From contig NC_058382.1 in NCBI RefSeq assembly GCF_018350175.1, positions 51,710,001 to 51,774,000 on the forward strand: a stretch of 64,000 nucleotides of DNA, given 5' to 3'. Below are positions 24,936 through 37,679 of this stretch, in pieces; within the stretch, counting starts at the first letter, position 1; each line of letters starts with the position of its first letter. This stretch comes from Felis catus (taxonomy: Eukaryota). Both the position numbers and the translations under genes were made by a program. The notes under the pieces are model-generated. The model was not told the DNA's origin. It did no database searches and saw nothing but the letters and a program-made list of their open reading frames with translations.

Positions 24936-25134
24936 TTTGTGAGACGAACATCCAGATAACTAAGAGGATTTGGTGTGTGCTTATCCGCAAGGACAACAAT
25001 AACGCCAGCTGTTGGAAATGGACGGGCACGAGTATCGTTCCCACAGTATGAAGGTAAAAGATACCTTGCCTTTTTCCCACTTGCCCTCTATTACCCGAAA
25101 GAGCAAAACGTCTTTCAAAAGTGGAAAAATGTGA

Positions 25135-25352
25135 GGGGCGCCTGGGGGCTCAGTCGGTGAAGCATCCAACTTCAGCTCAGGTCACGATCTCGTGGTCTGT
25201 GAGTTCGAGCCCCACGTCAGGCTCTGTGCTGACGGCTCAGAGCCTGGAGCCTGCTTTGGATTCTGTCTCCCTCTCTCTGCTCCTCCCCAGCTCGTGCTCA
25301 CACACACCGTCTCTCTCTCAAAAATAAATACACATTAAAAAAATTTTTTTTA
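25135..25352 (+). mobile_element. CAN-SINE 200 bp after the NUDT7 stop, 17-bp TSD AAAAGTGGAAAAATGTG
   Basis: TSD at 25117-25133 and 25353-25369. Confidence 0.95.
25323..25328 (+). terminator. Candidate poly(A) signal AATAAA in the tail of the sense SINE downstream of the NUDT7 stop
   Basis: First AATAAA I found after the stop codon; lies in the SINE A-rich tail. Confidence 0.4.
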
Positions 25353-25457
25353 AAAAGTGGAAAAATGTGTTTATAGTGTTGCGTAATTTCACCCACAGTT
25401 TGTTAATAATACTTTTAATTCTTATAAGAAAAAGTATCTGGCATATAGTAGGTACTT

Positions 25458-25463
25458 AATAAA
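25458..25463 (+). terminator. Candidate poly(A) signal AATAAA within an L2 3'-end remnant
   Basis: Context gcatatagtaggtacttAATAAAtgtttgttga is the typical L2 3' terminus, followed by GT-rich sequence. Confidence 0.5.
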
Positions 25464-25736
25464 TGTTTGTTGACTATATGACCGTGTGGCATTGATCTTA
25501 TTCTTAGGAGGTAATATATTCCTTTCTGTCTGTTGTTACATGTGACTAGAAACTTCAAACCACCTGTCAGAATCTAGTCACCTTCTCCTCGCTGGCAGCG
25601 GAGTTGAAGCTGAGCTCTGAGCTTCCCAGGAAGAAACAGCATTACCCAGGACCCCTTGTAGTTAAATGTGGCTCCGGAACTTAACCTGGGCCAACAGGAT
25701 GTGAGTGAAGGTTGACCTTGCAGGCCATCTCCAATT

Positions 25737-25955
25737 AAAAAAAAATTTTTTTAACGTTTATTTATTTTTGAGAGACAAGGAGATAGAGAGTGTGAGCAGG
25801 AAAGGAGCAGAGAGAGGAGACACAGAATCCGAAGCAGGTTCCAGGCTCTGAGCCGTCAGCACAGAGGCCGACGCGGGGCTCGAACTCATGAACCGTGAGA
25901 TCATGACCTGAGCCGAAGTCGGACGCTTAACTCGACTGAGCCACTCAGGTGCCCC
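25737..25955 (-). mobile_element. CAN-SINE
   Basis: Full element on the minus strand. Confidence 0.92.
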
Positions 25956-25974
25956 TAAGGTCATCCCTGTTTTA

Positions 25975-26251
25975 TTTTATTTTATTTATTTATTTTTTTA
26001 AAGAGAGATTAACTTTATTTATTTATTTATTTTTTTAATTTTTTTTTTCAACGTTTATTTATTTTTGCGACAGAGAGAGACAGAGCATGAACGGGGGAGG
26101 GGCAGAGAGAGAGGGAGACACAGAATCGGAAACAGGCTCCAGGCTCCGAGCCATCAGCCCAGAGCCCGACGCGGGGCTCGAACTCACGGAGCGCGAGATC
26201 GTGACCTGGCTGAAGTCGGACGCTTAACCGACTGCGCCACCCAGGCGCCCC
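25975..26251 (-). mobile_element. Young CAN-SINE with long compound tail, 16-bp TSD GGTCATCCCTGTTTTA
   Basis: TSD at 25959-25974 and 26252-26267; same diagnostic variants as the 18010 copy. Confidence 0.95.
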
Positions 26252-27814
26252 GGTCATCCCTGTTTTAAAAGATAAGCCAGCTTCCTCAGACTCTCGTTCC
26301 CCTTTCCGAGGGCCACAACACGGATGTATCTGCAACCCCGCCTTGACCATACAAATGAGGACAATTCTGGGGGGGGCGGGGGCGGCAGACCTCAGAGGTG
26401 GTAGGAGTTTGGATCTCTAAATGACTCTCTGTAGCAAAGCAACCTGTCACTCTGCACTGTGACATGAGAGGAGAATTAAAATTAGGTCATTTTTCTGCCA
26501 CTTATTTGGGGTCATTTTGTTAGAGCAGAGTTATTCCCCTAAGTAATCTGTAATACTTGGAAATGGCCAGCTGGATAGTCACCCAAACTGGAAGGACTGC
26601 CAGCACTTAGAAGTTGCGACGATCTGACGGTGAACGTATGGGTTCTGTGACGTGCACAAGATGCCCGGGGGTATTGCCTGGTTTGGCACTCATTATCCAG
26701 AGCAACTGAAAAGAAGGAATTTGAGGCCCCTATGCTCACCAATTGAGAGAGAGGATGTTCCCTTGTCTTAAGATGATGAAAGCAGAAAAACACTGGTCTT
26801 GAGCCCTATCCCCAAATCAAAAGTCAAAAAGACAAACGTCCTGAATTGCATGCCTTGAGATGTACCGCTTCTTACATGGGCATCTCCAGGCCTCATGCTT
26901 CGGAGTCAGCAGGAAATCTCTTTGATCATGGTAACCGTCCTGCACGAGGCCAAGGACACCAGTGTGCAAAGCAAAATGACCTCGAGTCCGTGACGGCAGT
27001 TTCCCGTCTTACTAGCAGTCGCCGGAGGTATAGGAAACCACACCGGCTGTAGGAAGACTCTGGGATAGCTGAAAACAGAATGCCCACGCCAAAGCCACCA
27101 GTCAGCCACACAACTGCCCAGCGCCTCGGAGTTCTTCTTGTCTGCGAGCTGGCAGAGGAAAGATACCCGATCTGGTGCCTCATCCCCAGAAACACTGAAA
27201 TGGCATAGATCTGGCTCCAACCTTGAAAGCAGATGCTGGGTAAGCCTCCCCATTAACATGCAGTAGCTGGCCCTGCGTGAACAGGCCCACACTGTTGCCG
27301 AACAATTACAGAGGCATTTGCGAACGTGTATTTACAGTCTGACAGCAGGGTAATCGCCTGGTAGGTTCTTGAGCCCTCTGACCGTGCAGAAAGCCGCCTC
27401 TCTGAACTGTTTGTTTTCGTGAACCCCGCAGGCCTGCCTGGTTACTAAGAGGACGTGGCCCGGCCAAAGTCTACAGTCTGAAGTACGCTCGTGGCCACCC
27501 AATTTAAGGGGCCAAATATTCAGCACTGGAGGTATTACCCAACCCTGAACATACACCTTTTTTTTAACGGTGTATTTTATGACATCGACGTTCGGGATTC
27601 CAGGGAAACGTCCTTTGGTTAAAAGGAACAGAAGTCTAGCAAATCCGGCTCAAAGGAAAGAAGGTATTGGCAGGGTACAGATCTCAGGGAGTCTGCAAAA
27701 CCACTGAACCAGTCAACCTCAGGAAGCTTAGCAGTGGGGAGGGAGCAAGCCCAGCTAGCCACCTCTAAAGCAAGAAGTTGTAAACCTTCCTTTTTGCATC
27801 CTGTTATTTACTTT

Positions 27815-28025
27815 AGAAAATTTTTTTTAATGTCTGTTTATTTTTGAGAGCAAGAGAGAGCACGAGCAGGGGAGGGGCAGAGAGAGAGGGAGACAGAATC
27901 CGAAGCAGGCTCCAGGCTCGGAGCTGTCAGCACGGAGCCTGACGTGGGGCTCGAACCCACAAACCACGAGATCACGACCTGAGCCGAAGTCAGACGCCCA
28001 ACCGACTGAGCCACCCAGGTGCCCC
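27815..28025 (-). mobile_element. CAN-SINE
   Basis: Full element; flanks gcatcctgt(t/c)att. Confidence 0.92.
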
Positions 28026-28949
28026 GCATCCTGTCATTATTGTGACAATAACCGCCTGTTTCAGTTGACTGATACAGACATAGAAAAGCGAGAGGCCCTC
28101 ACTGCGTCCATCTTGTTTCTTGGAGGAAGCTTCGTTTAATGGAGCTTGGGACACCTGGCACGTTTCCAGTAACCTGTGGCTACGTTCAAGGGCAGGGGTC
28201 AGGGTTGGGACCACAAATGCACACATCTCCCTAAGTCCCCTGAGTCAGCAGGCAGTGGGTGGGAGTGCTTCAGAAGAAAGTGGGCTAGGTGGCCATCCCC
28301 AAACATCTAGTGTCTCAGTCCCTGAATTCCGTGGATTGTGCCATCCAGACAGCTCAGCTGTCTCCTTCTTTGCATCCCTGCGTCCTTGGAAAGCAAGTGG
28401 CTAAGAGCCTTGAGTCTGAGAGTCAGGATGCCGAGATTTGAATCCCAGCTCCAGCATCAGCCTATTTGGTGACCTTTAGCAATTACTCGTATACTCCATA
28501 GGCCTCAGTTTCCTCTTCGGTAAATGGGAGAAGTCAACCTTTTGTTTTAGGTCTTTTGGAGGGTTTAAAGGAGTGAATACATGTGACCCCTTTACTCACA
28601 GCAAAACCAGATGCTCAGAACAAGCATCTGGCCAGTAATTATGGCGTTCTAACTGCAAGGTTATATTGTAACAATAATGTCAAGTATTGTCCTTTCTCTG
28701 GTTCAGAACGTCGTCTGTCCTTTCTCTGGTTCAGAACGTTGTCATTTTCCTGTACAGCGGTGCCTGCACTTTCTTGGTTCATCGTGAGCACCCGTGGCCT
28801 CTCAGTAATTTTTTCACAACACAATATAGGCCAAAAGAAACCTAATAGTTGCATTTGTTATGTCGTTCTAGCCAAACAGTCTAGTAAGTGTTTATGTCCT
28901 ACTAACTTGGTAGCTATTTGAACATAAACTATATACTAGAAAAATACTG

Positions 28950-29381
28950 TTTTTTTATTTTTGTTTTTTATTTATTTTTGAGAGAGAGAGGGAGAGAGAG
29001 ACAGAGCATGAGCATGGGAGGGGCAGAGAGAGGGAGACACAGAATCCGAAGCAGGCTCCAGGCTCCAAGCTGTCAGCACAGAGCCCAACACTGGGCTCGA
29101 ACTTACGCACTGTGAGATCATGACCTGAGCCGATGTCACTGAGCAAAGATGCTTAACCGACTGAGCCACCCAGGCACCTCTAGAAAATACTGTTGTTTTT
29201 TAAGTTTATTTGGGGGGGGGGGATGAGGGGCAGAGAGAGAGGGAAAGAGAGACTGAGAAACCCAAGCAGGCTCTGTGCTGTCAGTGCGGAGCCCGATGCG
29301 GGGTTCGATCTCCCAGACCATGAGATCATGACCTCAGCTGAAATCAAGAGTCAGACGACCGACTGAGCCACCCAGATGCCC
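28950..29381 (-). mobile_element. Two tandem CAN-SINEs (~28950-29177 and ~29195-29381)
   Basis: Two heads ...gagccacccagg/...gagccacccaga; ctagaaaa(a)tactgtt flanks the first. Confidence 0.9.
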
Positions 29382-29740
29382 TTTAAAATACAATTTTTAT
29401 TTGAATCTTATAACCACATTTGCTTACTAATGGGATATGCGCATACTAGTTAGGCATAGAAATAGATGAAAGATTCAAATACCACCATGTGGTAGGAATA
29501 AACACACAGACACAGAGAAGAGGGATGGATGCCTGACTCAGATTTAGGACTCAGGGAAGCCATCTCAGAAGAGGTGGTGGCTGAGCTGAGCCTTGATGGC
29601 CGAGTGAATGGGGTGGTGGTGTTGTTGAGGGGAACTAACATTGATTAAGTGCCTGCTACATATTTGGTCCTTTACTTTGATTACTCATTTAACCCTCACA
29701 CCAAATCTCTGCACCGAGGATTACTCCTAACTCCCAGTTT

Positions 29741-29958
29741 ATTTTATTTAAAAAATTTTTAATGTTTATTTTTGACACAGAGAGACAGAGTGTGAGCAGG
29801 TGAGAGGCAGAGAGAGAGGGAGAGGCACAGAATCTGAAGCAGGCTCCAGGCTCTGAGCTGTCAGCAAAGAGCCCGATGCGGGGCTCGAACCCACGAACTG
29901 TGAGATCATGACCTGAGCCGAAGTCGGATGCTTAACCGACTGAGCCCCCCAGGCGCCC
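29741..29958 (-). mobile_element. CAN-SINE within a MIR remnant
   Basis: Full element flanked by taactccca; MIR-like flanks (catttaaccctcac...gaggaccacagaag). Confidence 0.9.
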
Positions 29959-30862
29959 ATAACTCCCATGTTAGACGAGGACCACAGAAGTTACATATTT
30001 GCCCATGATCGCACGGTTCATAAATGGAAGAGGCAACATCCAAACCCACACGTATGAATGTCGGACCCTGTGATTTTCTACTGTTACCCACTTACTCCAA
30101 GACAAGGCTCGTTTCAGAAGGACACGGGCAAGAATAGAACGTTAAATTTGCGTTTCCCTTGATTCGCTCCGTCTGAAAGGGAAGACAACACGGACTTAAT
30201 AAATTGGAGGGGGAGCAGTGTTTATTTTTGCCGTCATCGTGTCCTCCCGCTTACTCAGCTGGCGGTGCACACAGTGAAATGACTAATTAGCTAGGATGAT
30301 TTTAATTAAAATGGAACCTACCAATTAATAAATGAAAGTGCTGGCATACTTGCTAATTTAACAACTCTGTCCGTGGCGTCAGCTTTTCAGTTGAAGAACC
30401 GAGACGGGGAAACATTGCCTTCACCCCTGAGACAAGACGATTTAATAGAACTCAAGTCGTGTTCTTGTTTCCAGTTGGTTTCTTATCTGAGAATAGCACA
30501 GCTTTTGATAAGATCATTGGAGTGATCCTCACTCAGTCTAGTTGTCTCAGATGTGGTGTGCGGGGTCGCCGATGGGGTCTGTGTGTACACGGCATTCGGG
30601 ATTCTTGACTGCCTTGCCATCACCCCTCAGTGCCTTCCCGTTGTTGAACAGGACTCAGACTTTGAGTTCATTCCCGGGTGCCCACTGCCTCGACCACCCA
30701 CGCTACGTGGTGGCACGGACACATGGATATTGCCCTGCGTTGGTTATCTGTTGAATATGTGTGTATCTGTGTGATTATTCCACCATGACCCTGAAAGGGA
30801 CAGATCAGCATTCCATGAGACCTCTCAGTCTGACTTCCCCTGGCCCTAAAGGAAGCAGGGAT

Positions 30863-31050
30863 GGGGGCAGCTGGGTGGCTCAGTCGGTTGAGCGTCCAAC
30901 TCTGGCTCAGGTCGTGATCTCACAGTTTGTGAGTTTAAGCCCCACGTCGGGCTCTGTGCTGCCAGCTCAGAGCCTGCTTTGGATTCTGTGTCTCCGTCTG
31001 TCTCTCTACCCCTCTCCTGCTTGTGCGCGCTCTCTCTCAAAAATAAACAT

Positions 31051-31081
<31 letters not shown>

Positions 31082-31088
31082 GAAAGAA
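30863..31088 (+). mobile_element. CAN-SINE with (GAAA)n tail
   Basis: tRNA head, CT tract, AATAAA then a GAAA repeat. Confidence 0.9.
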
Positions 31089-31904
31089 AGATGGATGGCC
31101 AACCCAAAGGGAGTATTTAATTTGATGGCCAGTGATCTATGACTTGTGTGGTCTACTTAAATGACTAAGCTAAGTCTATTAGATTATCCAAAGAATTTGA
31201 ACTATGCCACAACATTTGAACTATGCTCAGGAACTACTCTGGGCCATGTGCATGATGATGAGTAAGCGCCAAAAGTCAGAGTTTAAAGGTTAGTCAGCCA
31301 GTAATAGGTGGAAACGTGTCTTGAATCTAGGCAGTAGCTGTCCTGTCAGAATCCACCAGACACAACTGGAAGAGGAAGGAATATTTCCTGATGCAATTTA
31401 AAGATCCCTTTTAAAGACCTCATATTCAAGTCCATAAATTTTTATTTTATAGGTGTAGCCTTGGTGTGATATTTCCTCGACTATAACTTTCCCCATTTTT
31501 CATTCTATATCGTCGAGCCTTTGTTCGTTCCTTCATCGTGGCTGTCAATGGCACTTCTGTTCCCTTTTTTTCTTTTCCCCCTCTCTTTTTCATTTCTCTC
31601 CCACGTGAAACTGAAATTTGCTGGTCATTTTGTTCTACTTTCTTAATTTATTTGTGTTTATTAATTTGTGAACAGATCCCTCTCTGGGCTCATTTCCTTT
31701 CCTTCAACCAGCCTGGGTTTTTCTTCTAAATCTGCTTTATCCCATGGAGCCCATAAAGCATTCTGAGAAGTTGCCTACCTTTTTTTTTTTTTTTTCCTGA
31801 CTACAAATCTGTACGGCCTAACATTGAACCCAGTGATAAATTGAAGACAGTTTTGCTAGAGTTCCTAACCTCTTATAAATGCGTATCAATCTGTCTCAGC
31901 CCCT

Positions 31905-32345
31905 CTAGTGAATTGAACAGTGGCCCCAAAAAGAAATGTCCAGCTCCTAATCCACAGTACCTGTGAAGGTGACTTTATTTGGAAAGAGGGTCTTTGCAGA
32001 CGTGATTAAGGATCATGAGATGAGATCATCCGGGAGGTAGGGTGGGCCTTATACATAGATGGAGGGGGAGGTCTGAGACACACACAGAAACACAGGGAGG
32101 AAGGCCTATGAAGATGAAGGCACACGTCGGAGTGATGTGGCCACAAGCCAGGGAACACCAGGAGCCACCAGAACCTAGAAGAGACAAGGAAGGTGCCTTC
32201 GCTAGCAACGTCAGGGGTAAGTGTCAACCCTGTCAACACCTTGATTTGGAACTCTGGCCTCGAGAACTATGAGGGAATACATTTCTGTTGTTTAAGGCCA
32301 CCAAGTTCACGGTTCTTTGTTATACCAGTCCTTGGAAACTCATAC
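31905..32345 (+). mobile_element. MLT1 (MaLR) solo LTR
   Basis: gtgactttatttggaaagagggtctttgcagacgtgattaag...gatgtggccacaagccagggaacacc...atttctgttgtttaaggccacc...ggaaactcatac. Confidence 0.88.
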
Positions 32346-33149
32346 CCCCGGCTCTGAACCCCTCCCCACCACCAGTTTTGAGGAATAAGTCTCCCTTCTG
32401 CCTTAGGATTACAGTCCCCTGTCGACCATCCACGGGTTGGCATGCAGCCCACGCCGTTAATCAGATTTACTTGTCCAGTAATTCCCCTGAGATTAGGACC
32501 ACGCAGCACCAGCACCTTCCTGCTCTCTGGAGAACATCCTTGGGTGTTCTCACTAACTAGCCTAGCAGTAGTCTGTAAGTTCCATGAAGGCACTGACCTG
32601 ACCTCGTTGGCATTTCCAGGGCATGACAGTACCCGTGCTGCAGCCCTTCCCGACGTTTCTTATCTCAACAGCTCAGAAATCTTCGTCGTCCTTGACACCG
32701 TCCTCGCCCTTACTCCCCAGCAGACACAGTCGGTCGCCCACGCACACCCCCAGGTCCCCATCGATACAGTGAGCTCCAGACCACTTCCAACAGCCAGTTC
32801 TTCCATCTGTGTTCCCGAAGGTTTTTCTAAATCCGTAGCAGGTAGGTTGGGAGTATCAGAAAACTAACGGCCCCCAGGTCAGTCCTCAGTCAGTAACTGG
32901 AAGGATTTGGTCTATCAGTCGCCCAGTTTCTTCACCCCTCGGGTGGGATAATTCTGAGGCGTAATTCTTCAGGGACTCGGAGAATGAACTGAGTTCCAGT
33001 TGTCCGCTAGGGTAGCCGACTCGCCTTTCAGTAGCTGTCTTCTTTTTCTTGTCCCCTTTCCTCACTCCCCTACGGATGGGTCCTGCATATTCCAACAAAT
33101 GACTTGAGTCTTTCTCTTAGATTTTCTAGGTAAACTCAAACTAAGATAC

Positions 33150-33870
33150 TCCCGTATTCGAACTGTCGCCCAATTCTGCTGAATTTACCTTCTGAATATT
33201 TGTCAAAACTATCTTTTCACATCTCTACTGACATCAACTTAGTTTAAGGCATCAGAGACTTCCAGAAAATATCTACCTGATACCCACTGCTCTGTACCAT
33301 TTTCCTCCCTAGCCGGAGTTATTTTTTCAACATTTAAACATTTTCCTTGAGACACCTTGATGACTTCCCATTGTTTTTATGAGAAGGACTGATGGAGCTT
33401 AGAAGCCCTGTATTCTGGCTCCTGCCTACCTCTCTAGCTGTGTGTTGTACCACGTGGCCCCTCCCTGCTCATCCCACTCCTACACCCCTGGCTTTGGTTC
33501 AATTCATGGATGCCACAGGACTCTTGCACAAGCCGATCCCTCAGTCTGCAACGATTTCGCATTGGCCTTTGCTAACTCTTACTTATTGTTCGGATCTCAG
33601 CTTCTCAGAGAAGCCTCCTCTGGCACCATAAATAGGTCAGCTCCCCTGGTGATAAATTCTCTCGGTATCATGTACCTCTCTGCCATAACTCTTATCACAG
33701 CTACATTATTACACCCCTTTGGTTCCTCGATTGACGCATCCTTCCTCCTCTACACTCCGAGCTCCGTAATAGCAGGATCGTGTCTCACTTTTGGTCCGTC
33801 ACTGTACCCTACCGTTTAGTGTAGCCCTTGGCAAAGAGTGGATGTTCAACACATATTTACTAAGTGCAAG
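33150..33870 (+). mobile_element. L2 LINE 3' remnant
   Basis: Pyrimidine-rich degenerate L2 sequence ending ...tgtagcccttggcaaagagtggatgttcaacacatatttactaag. Confidence 0.6.
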
Positions 33871-36129
33871 AATAAAACTAAATGGGCAAAGAGGCATGTC
33901 TTTCTAATCAAATAGCCAGTTTGGCGGGCTAAGGAAAAATCCAGTCTCTTCCAAATAGTGGAGTTGACAAAGAGCAACCCGAGACGGCCCGATGTGGTTC
34001 GTCAACCCCATTTACTGCATAACTGGTGGAAAGTGCCCTACCAAGAGTCAATCAGGGAGCAGTTCTTAGCTTCAACCGGTCACGTGGTTGTTTCCCTACC
34101 TAGCTGTCTGGATGCACTTTCCCATGAGCACTGGAGCGCAAGAGTGAGACCCCCTTCATCCTGCCTCCAACGCCAGGCACACGCTCGGGCCTCTGCCCCT
34201 TCAGATCTAGATGAACTTGACTTGAATCCCCACTGTGATTCCAGGGCAAACCCAGTGTCCTCCTGAGATTTATTCCAACCTTTAAGGGCTTACAGTTCCT
34301 CGAATCACTTCTGGCTCAATCTCCAGCTTTGGCGAATCTCAGTTCTGTGTTCTATATCTTGAGGTTTTTCCTTCCTTCTTCCTCTACCCCGGTGTCAGCC
34401 CAAATCTGGTCACAGACCATCATCTCTCCTTGTTTTTCGCACGATGCCTTTTATGTAAACCTCTGAGTGCCTTTGTTTGCTAGGAGACAGACGGGTATCA
34501 GCCAGGAAAGCCGACTGTAACACGAGAGAGCAGAACTTAAATCCGGGTGTTGCGTTTTCTTGTTGTGAAAAAGGTCCCGTCCGCTTCTGCCAAATCAGGC
34601 TCCAGGTGGACACCGCCCTCCTCAGCCCTCTGGCCCTCGCCTTCTATTCACTCGCACTCCCTAAGTGGCAGTCGTTTCTTTTCTGGAAGGTCATATCTGA
34701 CTTACTTGCCTCCTTGCATCTCGTGAGCACCAGACTCACCTTCCACATCCAAAAAGCCTCGCAGTGAATTTTCCTACATAAGAAGAATTCATCTACATAT
34801 GGTACATGGATTCCAATCACATTTTTGCCCCTCATCCCCTTGGGTTTTTTTTTTTTTTTTAATGACATGACAGGGTCCAGTGAGCACAGGCTTCGAGCAA
34901 AGCCCATGGATGCTGGATGCAGAAAAGCCCACATTTGTGCAAAACGTATGTGGTGTCTACATGCCTTGATTGTGTAGAGAGATAGGCGAGCCTGAGAGAT
35001 GGTGGTGAGAGTGATAAGATCAGATGTGGGAGTAAGAAGCTGCATTTGAGGGGCCGGGGTGGGGGGTGGAAGGACGAAGCAATGGGGTCACAGTGGAGTA
35101 CGAAACACGGAGGCGGAAGAGAGCGGGACAGGAAGAATTTTTATCGAGGGGGCAGTTTGACTTTTGGGGCAGGGGGTCGAGAGGAACAATCTGGACACAC
35201 ATAGAGACAATACTGGGTCGCCAGCCAGGGACGTGGGCACTGTCCCTGGCACTGTCCCTTACCGTGCTGTGTGACCTTGGAGACATTAACCAACCTTTCT
35301 GAACCTCAAGTTTCTTATGGATAAAGCAGATTTGAACTGGTTGCTCTCTGAACAACTTCTACTTCTGACATCTCTACTTCTGGATCTTCTCCAGCCATAT
35401 TTGAGCACATACAGGTAACTAAGCAGTTTTGCTTACCGTTTCACAAAGGAAAACATCTGATTGAGGAAAAGAAAAGAAGCGCTTTTTGTGTACTGTTTGA
35501 AGCCAGCGGCGTGCAGAGAGCTCATTATGCGAAAATACCAGGTGGGGGAGATTAATTAAAAACTCTGACATTCAGAGCAGGGATTTGGGGCAGGAATGTA
35601 CAAGTCCAGAGCTCTAGGTAGAACTAGGCATCAAAACGGTGAACCTTATTAGGTGTCTATTAGGCATTAGGAGGCGGACATTCAGAAGCCAATATTCGAA
35701 GCCCAAATGCTGGTTTGTACGTTTTGTTTGAATTATTGCACATTTAATAGGATTTGGCTTCGGCGACTGTGCTTAATGGTCTGTTCCCTTGACAATTCAA
35801 TCCCCAGAGGGGCAGAGGCCACGCGGAACACATGGGCCATTTTGTAACTTAGCAAGTGAGGTGAACGTGTATCCCTGCCCCCACTCACACAGTAAGGAAA
35901 AGAATGGCCAGCACGTGGTAAGTGCTCAATGATGGAGGCCTACTGTCACTACCATCAGCAAAAAAATCCACACTATCCTTCATATTATAATAGATGCCCA
36001 AACAAGCTATTTTTTTCCCCAAAACGCTTAGCAGACAAAAGACTCTTTTCAGTAGTTCTGCTGGCACTGTCTTTGATTCTGGGTGATTTTGCTCCCCCTG
36101 CATCCCTCACTTGCTTTCCACCGGCCAGT

Positions 36130-36820
36130 CTTGTTCCAAGTCATATCCCAAATCCATCCACTTCTCCCCATTTCCCCCGTGACACCTGGACTTAGCCGCC
36201 ATCACCTCCTACCCGGACCCACAACAGCCTCCTAACTGGCGCCCTCCTTACGCCTTTTCTTGCCCCCGCCCTCACTCCGTCCTTCACTCAACATCCAGGG
36301 TGATCTTTTGAAAACAGGAGCCAAATCATGTCGCTTCTTGGCTTAACCCCTTCTCATACCTCCCAACCGTGCCTACAATAAGGTTCAAGCTTGTTTCCTG
36401 GCTGACGAACAGGCGCATTCTGGATCCTGCCTGCCTCCGACCCCCCTCACCCTCGGCCACTTTGCTTCCTTCAATACATTCTTCCTTCTCTCCCAGAAGC
36501 ATGCCAGCGTCGTCCCTATGACAGGTTTTACACCAAGCTGTCCCCTCGCCTTGGGACGGTCTTGCCCTGGTCTTTGAATGTCTGGTGCCAGAGTTATCAC
36601 CAATTGTCAACACTCTTGTCCTTTCCGGGGAGAGTGTTATCCTTACAAACCCATGCGTCAGTTTTCTACACCCGGCTTCCATATCTGATATTTTTGTATA
36701 TTTATTTTATGTTTCTTCCTGTGTCTCCCACTGGAACCTAAGCTCTGTGTGTGTGGGAACATTTTATTAAATTTTATTTTCTGCCAGGACTCAGTAAATC
36801 TGTCTGCAATGGATGATGGA
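36130..36820 (+). mobile_element. L2 LINE remnant
   Basis: aacagcctcctaactgg...cagggtgatcttttgaaaac...atcatgtcgct...tgtctcccactggaacctaagctc. Confidence 0.65.
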
Positions 36821-37679
36821 TTAATTTTGTTGAAAACTAGGTGGCCGAGTCCTTTTGCCACAAAGAAGTAGGTCAGCACCGTAATGAGATCCTATCAATG
36901 ATTAGGTCAAAAAATTCCCAGGTATTCCGATTTTGGTGTTTATTATATTTTAATATTGGTAATTTGGGTCACCAGGGGGCAATTCTGTCACGATTTATGC
37001 ATCTTTAATTATGTTTTAGAATTGTTAATGTTTTTTTTCCTTCTTAAAAAATGTCTAATTTATTCCAGCTGATTAGCCCATTTCTATATTTGTATACGTT
37101 AGGAAAAAATTAGGACAGCCTAGACACCCGACAACTTGCAAACGGTTTAAATTATCGTAAATTATGGAAAAGTCTATATGATTCCATTTTTGTCTAATAA
37201 TCTTACCCATCTCATTAGATAGTCACCAAGGTGTTTGAAATTGTCTTCTCAGGAAGGGGGTTGGGATCATGTTACCCTTTAACCCAAAAATCTGTGAAAG
37301 GCTATAAGATGTAAGGATTTGGGATGTGTGAGTAGGAGGAGAGAACTTAAAAAACAAAACAACAACCGAACGCCTAGTAGAGAAAAAGGGAGTAAAAGTC
37401 CAAATACCGAAATCAAGATTTGCAATTACAGCATTCAGCCGGGGTGGTTGGAGAACGGTAATTCCGGCTGTGTTTCTGGCAAGCACTGGCCCAGCCAACC
37501 GGGCAACACCATGGCACGCTGTGGGTGGCTTTGAGACCATCTTCTCTGACGTCCCCTCTCTGACTCCATTCCTTGCACGCCCCATGTCACCCCCATCCAC
37601 CCCAGTGCATCATATTCATGTACCTGTGTTACAAATTGGTCACCTGTAAAACACTCAGAGAAGCTTTGAGAAGGTTTGT

